From: the human T2T-CHM13v2.0 reference genome, Homo sapiens
Direction: 5' to 3' (one strand)
Length of the DNA stretch: 64,000 nt
NCBI RefSeq assembly: GCF_009914755.1
Contig: NC_060926.1
This document shows positions 59,791 to 64,000 of this stretch, piece by piece (positions within the stretch are counted from its first letter, which is position 1; the number at the start of each line of letters is the position of its first letter). The notes under the pieces were generated by a model that was not told where the DNA came from, did no database searches, and saw nothing but the letters and a program-made list of their open reading frames with translations. The position numbers were made by a program, and so were the translations under genes.

Positions 59791-59821
<31 letters not shown>

Positions 59822-59887
59822 CTTTCTTTCCTTCTTTCTTTCTTTCTTTCTTTCTTTCTTTTTTCTTTCTTTCCTTCCTTCCTTCTT

Positions 59888-59940
<53 letters not shown>
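59690..59940. repeat. Compound (TTTC)n/(TTCC)n/(TC)n STR, expanded Alu tail
   Basis: ~250-bp pure pyrimidine tract. Confidence 0.97.
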
Positions 59941-60095
59941 GACACAGTCTTACTTTATTGCTCGGGCTGGAGTGAAGTGGCACGACTATGGCTTACTGCA
60001 GCCTCAACCTCTGGGCTCAAGTGCACTCAAATGATATTTCCACTTCACCCTCCCAAATAGCTGGACTGCAGGAGTGACTCACCATGCCTGGTCAT
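59941..60095 (-). mobile_element. AluJ right-arm fragment
   Basis: gacacagtct...ggctggagtg...accatgcctgg. Confidence 0.85.
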
Positions 60096-60494
60096 TTTCT
60101 TTTGTTGACCATGCGGTCAAGACAGGCATCCTCCTTCTTGAAGACGTCTTCCTTAGCAGCCTGGACAAACTGAAATTTTTCCTGAGATGAAAGTTCTGTT
60201 TTTCTCAGGAGACACACCCCAACACACACACACTAGAGGCTGAAGGTGACTTTGCTCATGCCTTTATTGCATCCCCACAGGTCCCAGCCCCAAGGATGGA
60301 AGAGAGCAAATGAATGTAGACATTTTCCCTTGGATAGAAAAAAAAGAGAGAAAAAAGGCTGAAAGTTTGTTCTAGTTTGAGAGAAAAAGAGTTAACAGTA
60401 GGGAAAAGGAGGGGGTTTTGCTGGGGTGTGGTGAACATGCAGAAGGTTGTTTATAAGGTGTTTCTTAAAAGCGATCTTTCAACAAGCTGCTCAT

Positions 60495-60950
60495 CTATCT
60501 ATTGCTGCGTAACAAGCCACTGCAAAACTTAGTGGCATCAAACAAGCACGATTTATTAGTTCTTCCAGTTCTGTGGGTTTACCGAGCAGGTCTTCTGTTG
60601 GCCTCACGGGGCTCCCTGTCCAGCTGCATGCAGCAGGCAGGTTTGTGCAGCCGGCTGGGCCTCTGTCTCCTTTATCCTGAAAGAGGCTAGACCTTGCCTC
60701 TAAACATGGCAATGACAGTGTCCCAAGAGAGTGAAAGTAACATCTACAATGCAAGATCCCTTAAAGATCAGCTCAGAGATTCACACTGGGACATTTCCGC
60801 CATATTCTATTGATCAAAGCCAGTCACAAGGGCAACCCATGTCCAAGGGATGGAAAAATGGATTCCATCTCTCAGTACATCTATAAACTGACAGAGTGAA
60901 GAGAGGAGGGCACAGGGGAAGCATGACTCATCAGTGGTCATTATCATAAC
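60495..60950 (-). mobile_element. Old MLT1 (H/I-like) MaLR LTR
   Basis: ctattgctgcgtaacaagccac...aaacttagtggc...ttccgccatattctattgatcaaagc...gtcacaag. Confidence 0.8.
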
Positions 60951-61701
60951 AACATATCACATGAAGCAGTTGTCAGATATTAGAATGTTGGAACCAAAAG
61001 GGACCAACCAGGACAGGAACCCAGGACTCTTGACTTCCAGTCCAAGCCTCTTCCCACTAAGCCAGTTATTCCAAGCAATACTTAGCTCTCTCTCAACTGC
61101 CAGGAGATTCAAGCACATCATGCTGCTAGATGTGGCTTCCAGCACCAGCTCAGTCAAATGTGGAGAACCACCTTCTGCCCTAAGCAAGCCTGGCTTCTTC
61201 CCACCCTTCCCCTTGCTTCCCACACCATTTTTATACATTCCATAGACTCAAAACATTCTCCGTAAATTTTAACAAGTTGATGAGGAATTTCTACAGTGAA
61301 ACTCTTTTTCCTTTTGCAGCAGAATGGAATAACAGCAAACAACATTGGAGGAGGACTTGTCTGGGAGAGCAGCCATTTTAAAGAAGAGCACATTAAGTCA
61401 CAAACAGTCGCAGCTGATCTACTTTGCAGCATCGCCATACATGCCTAACTAAATATTGAAATCCCGGGAAAAACTCACTGTGCATCATGTTCCAGAAACT
61501 AGCTTTGCAAACAGTCTTTTCAGATGTGTACATTTTGTGTATTTGAGGCATATAATATATATATTTTCCTCCATGTTCACCCAACCTTTACTCCTATACT
61601 TAATTCAGCTGCACTGCCATAAAAGCATTTCTATAAAGTACTTAATTTCAGGTGAGGCAGGGCAAAGAGAAGCCCCCAGGCCCAGGCTCTCCCTCTAGGA
61701 G

Positions 61702-61929
61702 AGTAGTTTTCTACTGGGGATGGTTTTGTCTCCCCACCCCCACCCCACATCTTTGGGGACATTTGTCAATGTCTGCAGCACCTTTTATTGTCATGGAGGA
61801 GAGGTACTACAGGCATCCAGTGGGTAGAGGTCAGTGATGCTGCCAAACATCCTACAATGCATGGGACAGCCCCCAAAATGAAGAATGATCTAGCCCAAAA
61901 TGTCACTAGTGCCACTGTTGAGAAACTTG
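61702..61929 (+). mobile_element. MER20 (hAT-Charlie)
   Basis: ggacatttgtcaatgtctg...ggcatccagtgggtagagg...aaacatcctacaatgca...gttgagaaacttg. Confidence 0.88.
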
Positions 61930-62016
61930 CTCTAGGAGCTTGTAATTATGACATCGGGGCTGGAATATTTTATGTTCAATGAAAATGTTGCAGATTTCTA
62001 TTTAAATCGTCATTTG

Positions 62017-62302
<286 letters not shown>

Positions 62303-62994
62303 CACATTCCATTCAAGTGTGTTTTAAACTATAGAGAAGAAAAGGGACATGGGAGCACATTTTTGGCAGGGGTTAAGTCGTGAAATACACAGTTTAGAGA
62401 AGAGATTATTTTCCATAGCGATGAGGCATTCATCACAAAGGAGGGACAGCTGACTATGTTAAAATATAATTGCCAGGTAAATATTTTCTTGACTACAAAG
62501 TGATGTTATAGGGTATTACTCAGAGAAGGAGGCGTTCCAATTAGTCGCTAATTTTTCTTCATTTTTCCAGTTCTGATCTGGAGACAGATGCAGCTGTCAC
62601 TGATGTAGAGCCAAGGTTTTCAGGACCTTTCCTCGTCACTAATAGGAAACTACCCTCTTCCCCCAAAGGGCCGAGACTGGCAGGTACAGTGAGCCCAGAC
62701 AAGATTGGAACTTGTCAATTTCTCATGTATGTAGTTCTGAAATCAAAACCTCTCTCCCAGAAGTCTCTCAGTGATGGAAAGCCTGGCCAGGTGGTGGGTA
62801 GATAGTCTTCTTGTGTTGCATGAGCAAAGGGACTCAGGCTCAGGGAATTTACATAACTTGCCTAAAAACACACAACTGGTAAGAATTGGAACCAGGCTCT
62901 GAAGTCCCATCTTCTCTCTTCTAGATTGGATTGCTTTCTTATTGACTTGGTACGTTGAAAAGGGCACTTGATTGGGAAACAAAAATAGCATCAA

Positions 62995-63133
62995 GTTTTC
63001 TTTTCTTTTCTCCCTTCCCTTCCCTTTCCTTTCCTTCCCTTCCCTTCTCCTTCCCTTTTCTTTCCTTCCCTCCTTCCTTCCTTCCTTCCTTCCTTCCTTC
63101 CTCCCTTCCTTCCTCCTGCCCTTCCTTCCTCCC
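62995..63133. repeat. (TTCC)n-type polypyrimidine repeat
   Basis: Direct reading. Confidence 0.95.
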
Positions 63134-63266
63134 ACATTGACTATATCAGCCCTTAGTTTATTCTGGAGAAGTAAAAAATAGTTTGTTACATTTTTTTCCC
63201 AGATTCTAGTTATTATACTAACTTTACATTCTTTTAAAAATGTTTTTAACATCAAGTTCTCTGTGG

Positions 63267-63320
63267 CTTTAACATCTCTAGACCTAAGTCTAGAGATGTT
63301 AAAGGAGGACCTAAGTCCTC
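63267..63320. repeat. Perfect 17-bp inverted repeat plus adjacent 6-bp inverted repeat, both with a CTAA loop
   Basis: ctttaacatctctagac-ctaa-gtctagagatgttaaag followed by gaggac-ctaa-gtcctc. Confidence 0.95.
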
Positions 63321-63834
63321 TTCTGTAAATTGGGATAGCAATAATGTCTGGCGTGTCCACAGCCCCTCACAATTTCCATAATCTCACTGGATCTAGACTT
63401 CTCTCACTAGGCTCCTAAGAATTCTAGTCTCTTCCATTCACAAGGAGCTATGAGGCCATTGGTGAGTGGATGGAGGGTGAGGGTGTGCAGGTGCTGCTGC
63501 TCAACTCAGACTCTCCCTGCCCCAGAGTAGAAGAGGCAGAGAACAAAGAGGGTGTGGTGTGGGTATGGGCCATGCATGACGGTGGATAGATCGGGACTGT
63601 CATGGTAGCAATAGCAGCAGAGTCAAGCTAAAGAGAAGCTGGACAGAGCAAAGCGCTGAAGAACATTTTCTTGACTTTCCTTTGGTCTATGCAAAGTGCC
63701 ATTTACTCATTCATCCATCCGTCCATCCATTAAGCCTTCACTGAGTCCAAACTGTGCTCCAAGCACACAGTGAAGAGTTAAAGTTAACTAAGATAAGGTG
63801 GATCCCTCCCCTCCTAAGGTGTCAGAGTGGGTAA

Positions 63835-64000
63835 GGGTGTAGGTTTGGGTATCAAAAACCTGAGTTTGTCTTCCAGGTCTGTCACTTCTTTGGGTAAACT
63901 CTTTAACCTCTGTGTGACTCAATTTCCCTATGTGTAAAATTGGAATAATAGCAGTCCATATTAAAGGGATGCTCAGAGGAAGGTAAAGCACTTAGCATAA
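63835..64000 (+). mobile_element. MIR (runs off the window)
   Basis: ttaacctctgtgactcaatttccctatgtgtaaaattggaataata. Confidence 0.8.

Overview
Primate (very probably human) non-coding genomic DNA. It is CpG-depleted, has no CpG island and is densely populated by interspersed repeats: about 30 Alu copies or fragments (J, S and Y types, many with visible target-site duplications), numerous MIR and L2 relics, old L1M pieces, MaLR (MLT1) and ERV solo LTRs including an LTR10-family LTR, and hAT DNA transposons (MER5, MER20, MER45B, MER58B). No protein-coding gene, structural RNA gene, CRISPR array or prokaryotic element can be supported, and nearly all long ORFs in the supplied track are artefacts of Alu or low-complexity sequence. 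Several segments with good splice signals exist on both strands and may belong to lncRNAs or untranslated exons, but I could not identify the locus. I found no new multi-gene system. The most distinctive signal is a set of fixed templated-insertion scars: a ~211-bp copy from 2 kb away inserted into an Alu, a two-donor patchwork inside an L1, and a fold-back insertion in a MIR that created a perfect 17-bp hairpin. Repeat subfamily names are from memory of consensus sequences, boundaries are approximate, and counts were made by eye.
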